From NCBI GenBank assembly GCA_041749255.1, contig JBGTBR010000056.1, positions 38,621-102,620 on the forward strand: DNA of 64,000 nt, in the 5' to 3' direction. Position 1 is the first letter of the stretch; each line of letters opens with the position of its first letter. Below are positions 31,037 through 41,171 of the stretch, piece after piece. The notes below the pieces were generated by a model that ran no database searches, had not been told where the DNA came from, and was given only the letters and a program-made list of their open reading frames with translations. This DNA comes from Saprospiraceae bacterium (lineage in GTDB: Bacteria; Bacteroidota; Bacteroidia; Chitinophagales; Saprospiraceae). Made by a program: the position numbers and the translations under genes.

Positions 31037-31388
31037 GGCAATATATTCGATAGGTTACAGGAATGCTTCGGCAAAAATAGCTATAAGATGCAAATCAAAG
31101 CTTAATTTAAACTTCTGTTTACAAAACTTGAAGATGAGTAACTATGCAGGTATGATCGGATTTGCTTTCCTATAAAAAGGCTAATTTTTAATTCAAGAGT
31201 GTAAAGCAGAATTGGTTTTAAAATTTTTCATCAATTTTAACAGAGAATATATTTGTACAATTATCTTAGCATGCTGCTGCAATTCAATTTCAGCTGAATG
31301 AAATAGAATACTGTAAAGATAGCCGTATTTTCGAAATCCTTGCAGAAGCTACAATTATTGATAATGATGAATAAAATATAATGTTTGT

Positions 31389-32009
31389 ATGATCAAACAC
31401 ATTGCCATAGCAGGAAACATTGGTGCAGGTAAAACGTCGCTTTCCGAATTGTTATCTAAACATTTTGGATGGGAAGTCCACTATGAGGATACGGGCGATA
31501 ATCCTTACTTGAGCGACTTTTATAACGATATGCGCAGATGGTCATTCAATCTTCAAATTTACTTTCTCAATTCAAGATACAAACAAATACTGAGAATTCA
31601 ACAGGGAGAAAATGTTGTTGTTCAGGACAGAACCATTTATGAAGATGCCTATATTTTTGCTCCTAATTTATACGAAATGGGATTAATGTCTGAACGGGAT
31701 TATGAAAACTATTTTGATCTCTTTAAAACGATGTCATCGCAAGTACGCCCTCCGGATCTGCTGATTTATTTAAGATCAAATATTTCAACACTTGTGCAAC
31801 ATATACAAAACAGGGGAAGAGAATATGAAGGCAATATGTCACTTGACTACCTGAAAAAACTCAACGAAAGATACGAAAATTGGATTTCGAACTACAACAA
31901 AGGCCGGCTTTTGATCATAGATAATGACAATTTGGACTTCATTTCGAATCAGGAAGATTTGGGCACAATCATTGAAAAGATTAATTCTGAACTTTTTGGT
32001 CTGTTTTAA
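31389..32009 (+). CDS. Deoxynucleoside kinase
   Basis: P-loop GNIGAGKTS, plus the DRTIYED and LIYL segments of the dNK family. Confidence 0.85.
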   Translation: MIKHIAIAGNIGAGKTSLSELLSKHFGWEVHYEDTGDNPYLSDFYNDMRRWSFNLQIYFLNSRYKQILRIQQGENVVVQDRTIYEDAYIFAPNLYEMGLMSERDYENYFDLFKTMSSQVRPPDLLIYLRSNISTLVQHIQNRGREYEGNMSLDYLKKLNERYENWISNYNKGRLLIIDNDNLDFISNQEDLGTIIEKINSELFGLF

Positions 32010-32244
32010 CTTTATAAAGAAGTATAATTTATCGATTGAATAAATTGGTAAACTTGAAAATACTTTGGGTCTTTACACATCCAAATAATTCAAAAAAACA
32101 CATATAATTATACTTATCACAAAGTATATTAATATTTTATAAATTTCAAAAATATTAATGTAATAAATCTGAAAAATTTGATTTTTACATTAGCTTTGCA
32201 GAGTTAAAACACATTCATTTTATTATTAATGATATTTTTATTGA

Positions 32245-33486
32245 ATGACATTTAAAGAATTTGGTCTTATAGAGGAACTTCAGGAAGCCCTTTCCTATAT
32301 GAAGTTTGAAAAAGCAACACCTATACAAGAAAAGGCAATTCCGGTTATTCTGGAAGGTAGGGATCTTTTAGCCTGTGCTCAAACGGGAACGGGTAAGACA
32401 GCGGCATTTATTTTACCTGTACTTAGTATGTTGTCACAAAAAGACAGAAATCATACCAGTGTATTGGTTTTGGCTCCTACCCGGGAATTGGCAATTCAAA
32501 TTGAACAACAAATTCAAGCATTTGCCTATTTTGTTGACGTATCATCTATTGCCGTATATGGGGGAGGCAGCGGTCAGGATTTTGAAACTGAAAAAAAAGC
32601 TTTAAAAACCGGAGCAGATATCATAGTAGCTACACCGGGACGTCTCATATCCCATCTCAATATGGGTTATACCAAATTTGGTAAAATTGAATATCTGATA
32701 CTTGATGAAGCGGACAGAATGCTCGATATGGGTTTTTTCGAGGACATTCAAAAGATAGTGGCTTTTATTCCAAAACAGCGACAAACTTTACTTTTTAGTG
32801 CTACCTTCCCACCTAAGATCAAGCAATTGGCACAATCCATATTAAGAGATCAGGCAGAAATTTCCATTGCCGCTTCAATGCCTGCTGAAGGTGTATTACA
32901 AGCTGCTTATCTTATTTATGACCAACAAAAAATAGGATTAATTAAGCATTTGATTGATGAAAAACCAAATTACCACAGCATACTTATTTTCACCTCTACC
33001 AAAAAGAACGTAGCGGATATAACCCGAGCCTTCAAAAATACTGATTATAAGGTATTGGGAGTATCTTCAGATTTAGCACAAAATGACAGAGAAGATGCGC
33101 TCAAACGATTCAGATCACGTGAGATCAGAGTCCTGGTGGCGACTGATGTATTAAGTAGAGGTATTGATATTCAAGATATTAATTTGGTGATCAATTTTGA
33201 TGTGCCCGGCGATGCTGAAGATTATGTGCATCGGATTGGTAGGACTGCCAGGGCTGAAACAACCGGAGTTGCTCTCACTTTGGTGAATGAAAATGATATG
33301 TTTAAATTCCACAAAATCGAGCAGTTAATAGGGAATGAGGTTATGAAAGTCTCCCTTCCAAGATCAATAGGAGAAGGCCCGGCCTGGAACCCACATGGTG
33401 GAGAAAGAAAAAATTTCCGCAATTTCAAATCAAAACCAAAAGAAGGAAAGAATAAGAATTTTAAAAGAAGGGCATCAAAGCATTGA
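32245..33486 (+). CDS. DEAD-box ATP-dependent RNA helicase
   Basis: Q-motif region, AQTGTGKT, DEAD, SAT and HRIGRTAR motifs, with a basic C-terminal tail. Confidence 0.93.
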   Translation: MTFKEFGLIEELQEALSYMKFEKATPIQEKAIPVILEGRDLLACAQTGTGKTAAFILPVLSMLSQKDRNHTSVLVLAPTRELAIQIEQQIQAFAYFVDVSSIAVYGGGSGQDFETEKKALKTGADIIVATPGRLISHLNMGYTKFGKIEYLILDEADRMLDMGFFEDIQKIVAFIPKQRQTLLFSATFPPKIKQLAQSILRDQAEISIAASMPAEGVLQAAYLIYDQQKIGLIKHLIDEKPNYHSILIFTSTKKNVADITRAFKNTDYKVLGVSSDLAQNDREDALKRFRSREIRVLVATDVLSRGIDIQDINLVINFDVPGDAEDYVHRIGRTARAETTGVALTLVNENDMFKFHKIEQLIGNEVMKVSLPRSIGEGPAWNPHGGERKNFRNFKSKPKEGKNKNFKRRASKH

Positions 33487-33521
33487 TAATACAACCCAGT
33501 AAAGCTTTTCAGATGTATCTT

Positions 33522-34754
33522 TTATCGGCAAAAAGCTAAGTGTACTTCTTCGGCAAAAGAAAAACCCCTTCTCGTACTTACTTCCAGTTCATCACACCCG
33601 GTGACTACCTGATTTTTCAGAATATAGGCAAGAGCTTTGTTAAAAGTGCCCAACGGATCTCCGGGGTAAAAATCTAAATAATAGGTGAAATCCGATATCG
33701 CCTTTGTGTAATCACCATATATAAAATATAGACATCCCCTCAGGTAAAAAGAAGAAGGATCTCTTGGGTTTTCTATCATGCTGTTATTGATTTGAAAATA
33801 AGCCTCTGTATAATTACCCGTCATCATGAGACAAAAAATCCAATTATAATGGGCTTCCTCAAAGCTGGGGTCTGCATTTCTGGCAGTATTAAAATCTTCC
33901 AATGCAGCATCAAAACGACCCATTTGCAAATAAACTAAGCCCCTTTGAAAAAATAGTTCACTCTGACCCGGATCAAGGGCTATAACCTGGTCGTAATCCA
34001 TTAATGCCATTAACAAATTTCCAGATTTCAAATAGGTATAAGCTCTGTTTTGAAATGCCTGACTGTAATGAGGTTCTTTTGTAATCGCCAGTGTAAATGC
34101 TTCTCTTGCATCATCATAACCTTCATTTTGCAAAAATATCAACCCTTCAATATCATGCAATAAAGAAGAGTACATTTCCCTTTCTTTCATTTCAGCTATC
34201 AATGTCATTGCTTCTGCATAATCCCCACGATTAAATAAAAGCAAAGCATCGCGTAAATAAAGTTGCTCGTCATCTTCTGCAACACGCAATTTCAAATCAA
34301 GATTATTAAATGCATCCTGATATCGATCCATCATCATCCTTTCAGTCAAGTGAAAGGACGAAGAAAATGACCCTACCCCATCGATAAATGGTAAAAAATT
34401 CAGATCCTCGTTTGCCCCGAAGTAATTTTTTGCCATCAGTTCCATCCTCGCTTTACCCAGGTAGTAAACTCCTGCAAAAGGATTATAAAACAACGCTCTA
34501 TCATAATCCTTTTTTGCAAGGTCTGCATTTCCTGTAATCTCGTAAACCCTGGCTCTTTTAATGTATGCTTTTGCACTGGTATTGTCTATATCGATTGCAG
34601 TTGAATACATATTTATAGCTGAGATCCAGTTACCCAGCTTCATAGCATGGTCACCTTCACTGATAAAAGTGGCGACCCTTTGCCCATTTAAATCAGGGGC
34701 TAAACTTAAAGTCATTAAAATGATGAACACTATCTGTATCGATCGGATATTCAT
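33522..34754 (-). CDS. Secreted tetratricopeptide-repeat protein
   Basis: A signal peptide is followed by repeated A..Y...A.....P TPR patterns along the whole protein. Confidence 0.7.
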   Translation of the reverse strand: MNIRSIQIVFIILMTLSLAPDLNGQRVATFISEGDHAMKLGNWISAINMYSTAIDIDNTSAKAYIKRARVYEITGNADLAKKDYDRALFYNPFAGVYYLGKARMELMAKNYFGANEDLNFLPFIDGVGSFSSSFHLTERMMMDRYQDAFNNLDLKLRVAEDDEQLYLRDALLLFNRGDYAEAMTLIAEMKEREMYSSLLHDIEGLIFLQNEGYDDAREAFTLAITKEPHYSQAFQNRAYTYLKSGNLLMALMDYDQVIALDPGQSELFFQRGLVYLQMGRFDAALEDFNTARNADPSFEEAHYNWIFCLMMTGNYTEAYFQINNSMIENPRDPSSFYLRGCLYFIYGDYTKAISDFTYYLDFYPGDPLGTFNKALAYILKNQVVTGCDELEVSTRRGFSFAEEVHLAFCR

Positions 34755-34957
34755 ATTATGTTTTATTTCTTACTGGGTATATAAAAAATGGTAAGATAAA
34801 AATATTCAAAAATATTCACATTCTATCCAATCAGGCTTAAATATTTTGTCTCTTCAAACATCCTGGTTCTTTAAATGTTAAATTGACCTGAGTGTAATAG
34901 TTGTAACCTTTTATTTGAATTATTTAAAACTAACTTTTCATTTGAAAGTAAGTTTCT

Positions 34958-34977
34958 TAACTTTGCATTTATATTTG
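34958..34977 (+). promoter_or_regulatory. Two candidate TAnnTTTG -7 boxes upstream of the 35002 gene
   Basis: TAACTTTG (34958-34965) and TATATTTG (34970-34977) lie 25-44 nt upstream of the ATG. This is a motif match only. Confidence 0.3.
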
Positions 34978-35001
34978 CATTAATAACTTAAAATCAGTTC
35001 A

Positions 35002-35463
35002 ATGAAAATAGCGAATTCGCTTTTGTTTTTATCTTTTATATCATTTTTTGTCTTTGCTTCCTGTAAGGATAAAAATACATCTGTAAGAGACGACGCACGA
35101 AATTCCTTGAATGTACCTGAGAATGTGACTCCGGTAACTCCTTCTCTCAATCAGGCAACTGCAGGGCTTGTACAACATTACATATGTCCAAACAATTGTG
35201 CAGGTAGTGGTGGAGCCGCACAGGGAACTTGTCCGGTTTGTGGAGCTCAGTATCTACACAATCAGGCATGGCACGACCAGCAGACTCAGACTGGTGCTCA
35301 ACCTGCTGCAGAACCTTTTCAGCAACCCGATGCACTTCCTGGTCAAAATTCATTAGGAGTGTGGCACTACACATGCACTGCTGGTTGTCCAGGTGGGTCA
35401 GGTTCAATGGGCAACTGCACAACTTGTGGAGCAGCATTGGTGCATAATGATGCTTATCACTAA
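35002..35463 (+). CDS. Secreted lipoprotein with two variant heavy-metal-binding (YxCP..C...CPxCG) modules
   Basis: Lipobox FASC, then HYICPNNCAGSGGAAQGTCPVCGAQYLHNQAWH and HYTCTAGCPGGSGSMGNCTTCGAALVHNDAYH. These are paralogous to the module in ORF 54347..54613. Confidence 0.65.
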   Translation: MKIANSLLFLSFISFFVFASCKDKNTSVRDDARNSLNVPENVTPVTPSLNQATAGLVQHYICPNNCAGSGGAAQGTCPVCGAQYLHNQAWHDQQTQTGAQPAAEPFQQPDALPGQNSLGVWHYTCTAGCPGGSGSMGNCTTCGAALVHNDAYH

Positions 35464-35523
35464 TAAGGTTGCTGAACATGAGTTCGCTATCCTTAGATTT
35501 AAAAAAGTAATAGATTCTACTTC

Positions 35524-35555
35524 AAAAACCAGGGAGATGATTCTTCCTGGTTTTT
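35524..35555. terminator. Candidate bidirectional terminator hairpin
   Basis: AAAAACCAGG (35524-35533) pairs with CCTGGTTTTT (35546-35555), between the convergent 35002 gene and the MarR gene. Confidence 0.45.
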
Positions 35556-35723
35556 GACATACACTACATTGATTTAATATCTTTTGTTTGGTGCCTGGCT
35601 CTTCCGAATACCGGCCGATACCGGTTTGCTGTAATATAGTGTATCCTGAAGTTCCAATGATGTGAATCGATTTCGCTATACACAAATTCAGATTATGTAT
35701 AGCGAAATTTTTGTAATTAAAAA

Positions 35724-36203
35724 TCATCCACACATATCCTTATCCAGAATCTCAATGCATTTATTAAGGTATTCCAGAAAGTTACCCAGTTCTTCCTGAT
35801 CGAAGTGAGAAAATAGTTCTCTATTCAGTTCTTCTCTTGGAACCTGCAGTTCCATGAGAAGTTCCCATCCTTTTTCTGTAAGTGTGAGACTTTTTCTCCT
35901 TTTATCAATGTCATCATCGGTTTGTGTAATAAGATCCTTTTCCAATAATACATTGGTGATGGCAGTGATATTGGGTCGAGTCACATGAAGTGAATCTGCC
36001 AATTCGGAAGACAGCAAAGGCCTTTTTTGAGTAAATCTCTCGAGAAATGGAATGTTTTGATCATAAGCCAGATGCAATAAAATAAGCCACTGTTGGGTAG
36101 AAACACCCAGGTCATGGGAAATTTTATGTTTTCTGCTTTTTAATTGATCTGAAAGTTTGAGAATACGGAGAATGATAGATTCTTCCATCCTTTTTTTGAA
36201 CAT
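35724..36203 (-). CDS. MarR-family transcriptional regulator
   Basis: 159 aa. The winged-HTH region is SSELADSLHVTRPNITAITNVLLEKDLITQTDDDIDKRRKSLTLTEKG. Confidence 0.8.
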   Translation of the reverse strand: MFKKRMEESIILRILKLSDQLKSRKHKISHDLGVSTQQWLILLHLAYDQNIPFLERFTQKRPLLSSELADSLHVTRPNITAITNVLLEKDLITQTDDDIDKRRKSLTLTEKGWELLMELQVPREELNRELFSHFDQEELGNFLEYLNKCIEILDKDMCG

Positions 36204-36557
36204 AAGGTTCAGGTTTAGATTTTTTCAATAATAGAACAAAACCGCCTCCCAATACTGAAATAAAGATCAATATAATCAATCCTTTATTATATGAAGCATA
36301 TGCTGCCCTTAATTTTACCCTTACAACTGATTACCACATACGACAACTAATTGTATTTAGTCACAATTCGCAGTACTTTCTTTAAATGGTTCCCTGAAAA
36401 ATCCAACAATCAATACTAAAAATATAACCCATTTAAGTCCCTTACTTTTTGTTAAATACAGGATATTTAAAAAGGATGACTTTGTCATGTAAATATTTTA
36501 TTTCCACACATAAAGTGTTTTTAAATAATTGCGATATTTGCAAAGTAGTTCTAGAAT

Positions 36558-36641
<84 letters not shown>

Positions 36642-36806
36642 CTGAAAGTCTTCAAATAGCAAAGAAATTTATTGGGTTTTTAAGAATTTTGTAACCCTAT
36701 TCACCTTTAACAATATTCAATTGATCTTGAAGTTGGCTCAATCTCAACCTCATTTTAGCTGGTAGCTCGTATCTGGTAGCTCGTAGTGATTAGTTCGTAG
36801 CTCGTA

Positions 36807-36896
36807 GCAGTATGCAGTATGCAGTATGCAGTTGGCAATAAGTTCCTTTCATAACAAAATAACGCGCGTAGCGCAAATGACGACGAAGTCAAATGA
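36807..36896 (-). repeat. Core A copy 3 (inverted)
   Basis: The reverse complement reads GCTACGCGCGTTATTTTGTTATGAAAGGAACTTATTGCCAACTGCATACTGC, one mismatch from copy 2 by eye. Confidence 0.85.
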
Positions 36897-36956
36897 ACTC
36901 TCACCTCCTCACCTTAACTCTTGACTTTCCGACCTTCCGACTTTCAGACTTTCAGA

Positions 36957-37474
36957 CCATTTTGCTCGTAGCTCGTAGCTGGTTACAAATGGTTTTAGTT
37001 TTAGTTTTAGTTTTGGTTAATTTTCAATTTTCCGACTTCCGACTTTCAGACTTTCAGACCTTCGACCTTCAGACCTTCGACTTTCCGACTTTCGACCTTC
37101 CGACCATTTTAGCTCGTAGCTCGTAGCTGGTTGCAAATAGTTTTAGTTTTAGTTTTAGTTAATTTTCAATTTTCAATTTCCGACTTTCCGACCTTCCGAC
37201 TTTAAGACTTTCAGACCATTTTGCTCGTAGCTCGTAGCTGGTTGCAAATGGTTTTAGTTTTAGTTTTGGTTTTGGTTAATTTTCAATTTTCCGACTTTCG
37301 ACTTTCAGACTTTCGACTTTCAGACTTTCGACTTTCAGACCTTCAGGCCATTTTAGCTCGTAGATGGTAGCTCGTAGCTGGCAGCAAATGGTTTTAGTTT
37401 TAGTTTTAGTTTTGGTTTTTCATTGGTTAACTTTCAACTTTCAACTTTCGACCTTCAGACTTTCGACCTTCAGA
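36957..37474. repeat. Higher-order tandem array of four superunits (about 147, 112, 132 and 127 bp)
   Basis: Each unit starts with CCATTTT(G/A)(G)CTCGTAG..GCTGG(T/C)(T/A)(G/A)CAAATGG at 36957, 37104, 37216 and 37348. TTTTAG/TTTTGG, AATTTTC and (C/A)GACTTTC runs follow. Confidence 0.9.
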
Positions 37475-37529
37475 CCGTTTACCGTTCACTGCTCACCATT
37501 CACCGTTTTTCTACCTGCCAAAGGCGAAG
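37475..37529 (+). repeat. Module B copy 1
   Basis: CCGTTTACCGTTCACTGCTCACCATTCACCGTTTTTCTACCTGCCAAAGGCGAAG. Confidence 0.8.
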
Positions 37530-37994
37530 ACCTCAACCTTGCCTCAATCTTAGCACGTAAGACTTTCCCAGATGAGAATGAGTTAATTATATCAACCGGT
37601 CTTTACCTTTAGGATTTTGTGCATTACATTTTGGGAAACCGACTTCCTTAAATGATAAAATACCATCATATTTTCGATAAACAAAATGCATACATCCACA
37701 TGATTACATATACTTTGGATAAAAACAAAAATTTAAACCGCTTTGGTCAAATTTTAACACAGGATAAAATTAAATGATCAAACTTTTATATTAAACTATA
37801 AATCAAATATTTAAAGTCCAATATTACCTACAAAAACTTTTTCCAGCTATGTAAATAATTTCTTTCAAAAATTTTATGGGGAATTTAAAAGGCAGCGTAC
37901 CGGATAAATAATAAGTTAATATTAAACGTCCCAGTTTCAACTGGGTCCGTTGATGCAAAATTTTATTCAATCACTCAATTTTAAATTTAACCAG

Positions 37995-40900
37995 ATGATC
38001 AGAAAAAGTTTGGGAAAAGTTATTTTCCTGCTGTTTTTTGCAACGCAAATGGTTTTTGCCCAGCAAAAAACCATTACAGGAAAGGTAACCGATTCTACCG
38101 GTGAACCTTTGATCGGAGCCAACGTATCAGTACAAGGTACAACACGCGGCTCTATTACAGATATTGACGGGATGTATACCATCCAGGCAGAAGCATTAGA
38201 AGTATTGGTCTTTTCTTACCTTGGGTATCAGGAGGTAAGTATGGTTGTAGTTGGGGAAACTTCAATTATGAATATCCAAATGGAAGAAGACGCCACGACT
38301 TTGGACGAAGTTATTGTTATTGCTTATGGTACTGTAAAGAAAGAATCGTTTGTAGGTTCAGCCTCTCAGATCAAATCAGAAGATTTCGAAGGCAGAGCCA
38401 TTACAAATATCTCCCAGGCTTTGGAAGGTACTGCAGCAGGTGTACAAGTAACTCCGGGCAGCGGACAACCAGGAAGTGGTCCAAACATCAGGGTCAGAGG
38501 AATTGGTTCCGTTTCTTCATCTAATGCCCCATTATATGTTGTTGATGGCGTAATATTTACCGGAAACTTAGCCAGTTTAAACCCCAATGATATAGAAAGC
38601 CTGACAGTCCTGAAAGATGCAGCTTCGACTTCACTTTATGGATCCGGTGCTTCTAATGGAGTGATCATGATCACCACGAAAAGAGGAAAAAAAGGAGTTA
38701 AAGATAGGATTACAATGAACATCAGTCACGGGGTAACGGGCAGATCGGTACCTGAATATCCAAGAGTAGGTCCGGAAGATTATTATGTACTCATGTGGGA
38801 AGCCCTCCGAAACAGTAAAGTGAGTGCGGGTATAGCTCAGGATGCCGCCAATCAGCAGGCCTCATCAGAAATTTATGGTCTTTTGGGTTACAATCCATTT
38901 TCTGTAGCCAATGATCAGATCGTTTTGCCCAATGGTGCAATAAACCCTGCCGCTTCGCTTCGTTATGGTACCCTTGACTGGCAGGATGAATTGTTCCAGG
39001 TTGGATCAAGAAGCAATGCTGACCTTTCCATATCGGGAGCTAATGACAAAACGGATTATTTTATATCAATGGGTTACCTTAATGAGGAAGCTTATGTGAT
39101 CAATTCTGATTTTGAGCGTTTTACAACCAGGATCAGTGCCAATTCCAGAGTTAAAGATTGGTTAAGAACGGGTTTGAACATTGCAGGATCATATTCTGAT
39201 TCAAGGCAAGCAGTAGATGGAGCTGCAAGTTCAGCATCTTTTGTCAATCCATTCAGAACTACCAGAGTAATCGGGTCTATATATCCGGTTTACCTGCACG
39301 ACCCTATGACTGGTCAACTTATATTAGATGATAATGGCAATAGGATTTTCGATTCAGGAGATCTTTTTGAAATAAGAGGCCCAGGAGCATCACCAGGCAG
39401 ACATCCCATTCAGGAAAACTTATTAAATATTGATCGCGATAAAGTCCTGAATTTAAATACCAGAACATTTGCAGAGATATCATTTCTCACCAATTTTAAG
39501 TTTACAACGAATCTTGGTTTTGATAGAAGATATTTCAACAACGAACGTCTTCAAAATGCCATAATAGGTGACGCTGCTCCATCGGGCAGAGGGTTTAGAA
39601 CCAATACGGTTACCACTGGGATCAACCTAAATCAGCTGTTGGAATACAATAATAATTTCGGAAAACACAATTTGGGATTATTGGTAGGGCACGAAAGTTT
39701 TTCCTATGAATTCAATTCATTGACCGGTACCCGACAAGATCAGGTTATTGAGGGAAATACAGAATTGATCAACTTTGTCAATATCACCAATCTCAACTCT
39801 TTCACCAGAGAATTAAGAAGAGAGGGATTTTTCAGCCGTCTTAATTATAACTGGGACAATAAGTACTTTTTGTCAGGTTCTGTGAGAAGGGATGGGTCGT
39901 CAAGGTTTGCCCCAGATGTCAGATGGGGAACTTTCTGGTCAGTGGGTGGAGCCTGGAGAATTATAGAAGAATCGTGGTTTGATAATATGAGATGGCTCAA
40001 TGACTTAAAACTAAGAGCATCTTATGGACAAGTTGGAAATGACTCCAATTTAAGCCACGGAGACCTATCATTTTTTGCTTTTCAACCTTTAGCTAGTTTG
40101 GGATTCAATAATGCCGCTGAAGCAGGGGCAGTGTTAAGCTCAGCCGGAAACAGAGCCTTAACCTGGGAGTCAAATAACCAGTTTGACGTGGCTGTTGAAT
40201 TTTCATTATTCAGCAATAGGATCTCGGGTTCTGTGGAATATTATTGGAGAGAATCTGACGGCTTAATTTTTGATGTTCCTCTACCTGTATCTTCCGGATT
40301 GGATAATGTATCGGAAAACATAGGAGCCATGTTCAATAGAGGTATTGAACTTTTTATCAATGCAGATGTAGTAAGAAGCAGGGATTTTATCTGGAATGTA
40401 AACTTCAATGCTTCTACGCTGACCAATAGAATAACTAAGTTGCCTCAGGAAGAAATTATAACGGGAACCAAGAAATTGGTAGTAGGAAGTTCCATCTTCG
40501 AATATTGGTTAAGAGAATGGTATGGTGTAGATCCTACTGATGGTTCAGCTCTTTACATTCCCACACCAGACGCTATTGAAACTGGAGGTTCTGATATCAG
40601 AGAAGTCAATGGAATACAGGTTACAACAAATCAAAATAACGCTGAATTCAATTTTGTAGGCACAGCCGTTCCGGATCTGTTTGGTGGTATAGGAACTTCA
40701 CTTCAATACAAAGGTTTCAGGGTAAATGCTTTGGTAACTTACCAAATTGGTGGGTTGACATACGATAGTAATTTTTCTTCTTTAATGGATGCTGGTGATT
40801 ATGGTCGTGCACTCAGTACAGAAATGCTGAACAGATGGCAACAACCGGGAGATGTAACAGATGTTCCCAGGATGGATGCAAGTGCAAGACCTCAGATCAA

Positions 40901-41153
40901 TGCTGCTTCTTCCAGATGGTTGGTAGGATCTGATTTCCTTGCTTTCAGACAATTGGGATTATCGTACAGCATACCTAACAATACTGCCAGAGATTGGGGA
41001 ATCGAGGGCTTGAGATTCAATATCAATGCTGAAAATATTTTCGCTTTGACACAAAGAGATGGTTTAGAACCATCACAGAACTTTAATGGTACTACACAAA
41101 ACAGATTTACTCCAGCCAGGATTCTTTCAGTAGGGGCAAGTTTAGTTTTTTAA
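37995..41153 (+). CDS. SusC/RagA-family TonB-dependent outer-membrane receptor
   Basis: A signal peptide starts at the ATG at 37995. It has a carboxypeptidase-regulatory-like N-domain (ITGKVTDSTGEPLIGANVSVQGT), a plug domain, and the C-terminal residue F. Confidence 0.93.
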   Translation: MIRKSLGKVIFLLFFATQMVFAQQKTITGKVTDSTGEPLIGANVSVQGTTRGSITDIDGMYTIQAEALEVLVFSYLGYQEVSMVVVGETSIMNIQMEEDATTLDEVIVIAYGTVKKESFVGSASQIKSEDFEGRAITNISQALEGTAAGVQVTPGSGQPGSGPNIRVRGIGSVSSSNAPLYVVDGVIFTGNLASLNPNDIESLTVLKDAASTSLYGSGASNGVIMITTKRGKKGVKDRITMNISHGVTGRSVPEYPRVGPEDYYVLMWEALRNSKVSAGIAQDAANQQASSEIYGLLGYNPFSVANDQIVLPNGAINPAASLRYGTLDWQDELFQVGSRSNADLSISGANDKTDYFISMGYLNEEAYVINSDFERFTTRISANSRVKDWLRTGLNIAGSYSDSRQAVDGAASSASFVNPFRTTRVIGSIYPVYLHDPMTGQLILDDNGNRIFDSGDLFEIRGPGASPGRHPIQENLLNIDRDKVLNLNTRTFAEISFLTNFKFTTNLGFDRRYFNNERLQNAIIGDAAPSGRGFRTNTVTTGINLNQLLEYNNNFGKHNLGLLVGHESFSYEFNSLTGTRQDQVIEGNTELINFVNITNLNSFTRELRREGFFSRLNYNWDNKYFLSGSVRRDGSSRFAPDVRWGTFWSVGGAWRIIEESWFDNMRWLNDLKLRASYGQVGNDSNLSHGDLSFFAFQPLASLGFNNAAEAGAVLSSAGNRALTWESNNQFDVAVEFSLFSNRISGSVEYYWRESDGLIFDVPLPVSSGLDNVSENIGAMFNRGIELFINADVVRSRDFIWNVNFNASTLTNRITKLPQEEIITGTKKLVVGSSIFEYWLREWYGVDPTDGSALYIPTPDAIETGGSDIREVNGIQVTTNQNNAEFNFVGTAVPDLFGGIGTSLQYKGFRVNALVTYQIGGLTYDSNFSSLMDAGDYGRALSTEMLNRWQQPGDVTDVPRMDASARPQINAASSRWLVGSDFLAFRQLGLSYSIPNNTARDWGIEGLRFNINAENIFALTQRDGLEPSQNFNGTTQNRFTPARILSVGASLVF

Positions 41154-41171
41154 ATTTAAAAAATAATAACA

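Larger units (their letters stand above)
36743..37550. repeat. Composite microsatellite-mosaic locus R2 (inverted relative to R1)
   Basis: Uses the same module vocabulary as R1, in reverse complement. Inverted core A sits at the left end and module B at the right end. Confidence 0.9.

Noticed and set aside
36957-37474. Possible CRISPR array, suggested by the regularly spaced ~35-nt junction word
   Set aside because: The intervening segments are themselves simple tandem repeats shared between units, not unique spacers. Unit length varies from 112 to 147 bp, and no cas genes or leader are present.
36893-37612. ORFs 36893..37126 and 37364..37612, and similarly 44396..44671 in locus R3
   Set aside because: The reason is the same as for R1: low-complexity repeat translations with no start context or domain.
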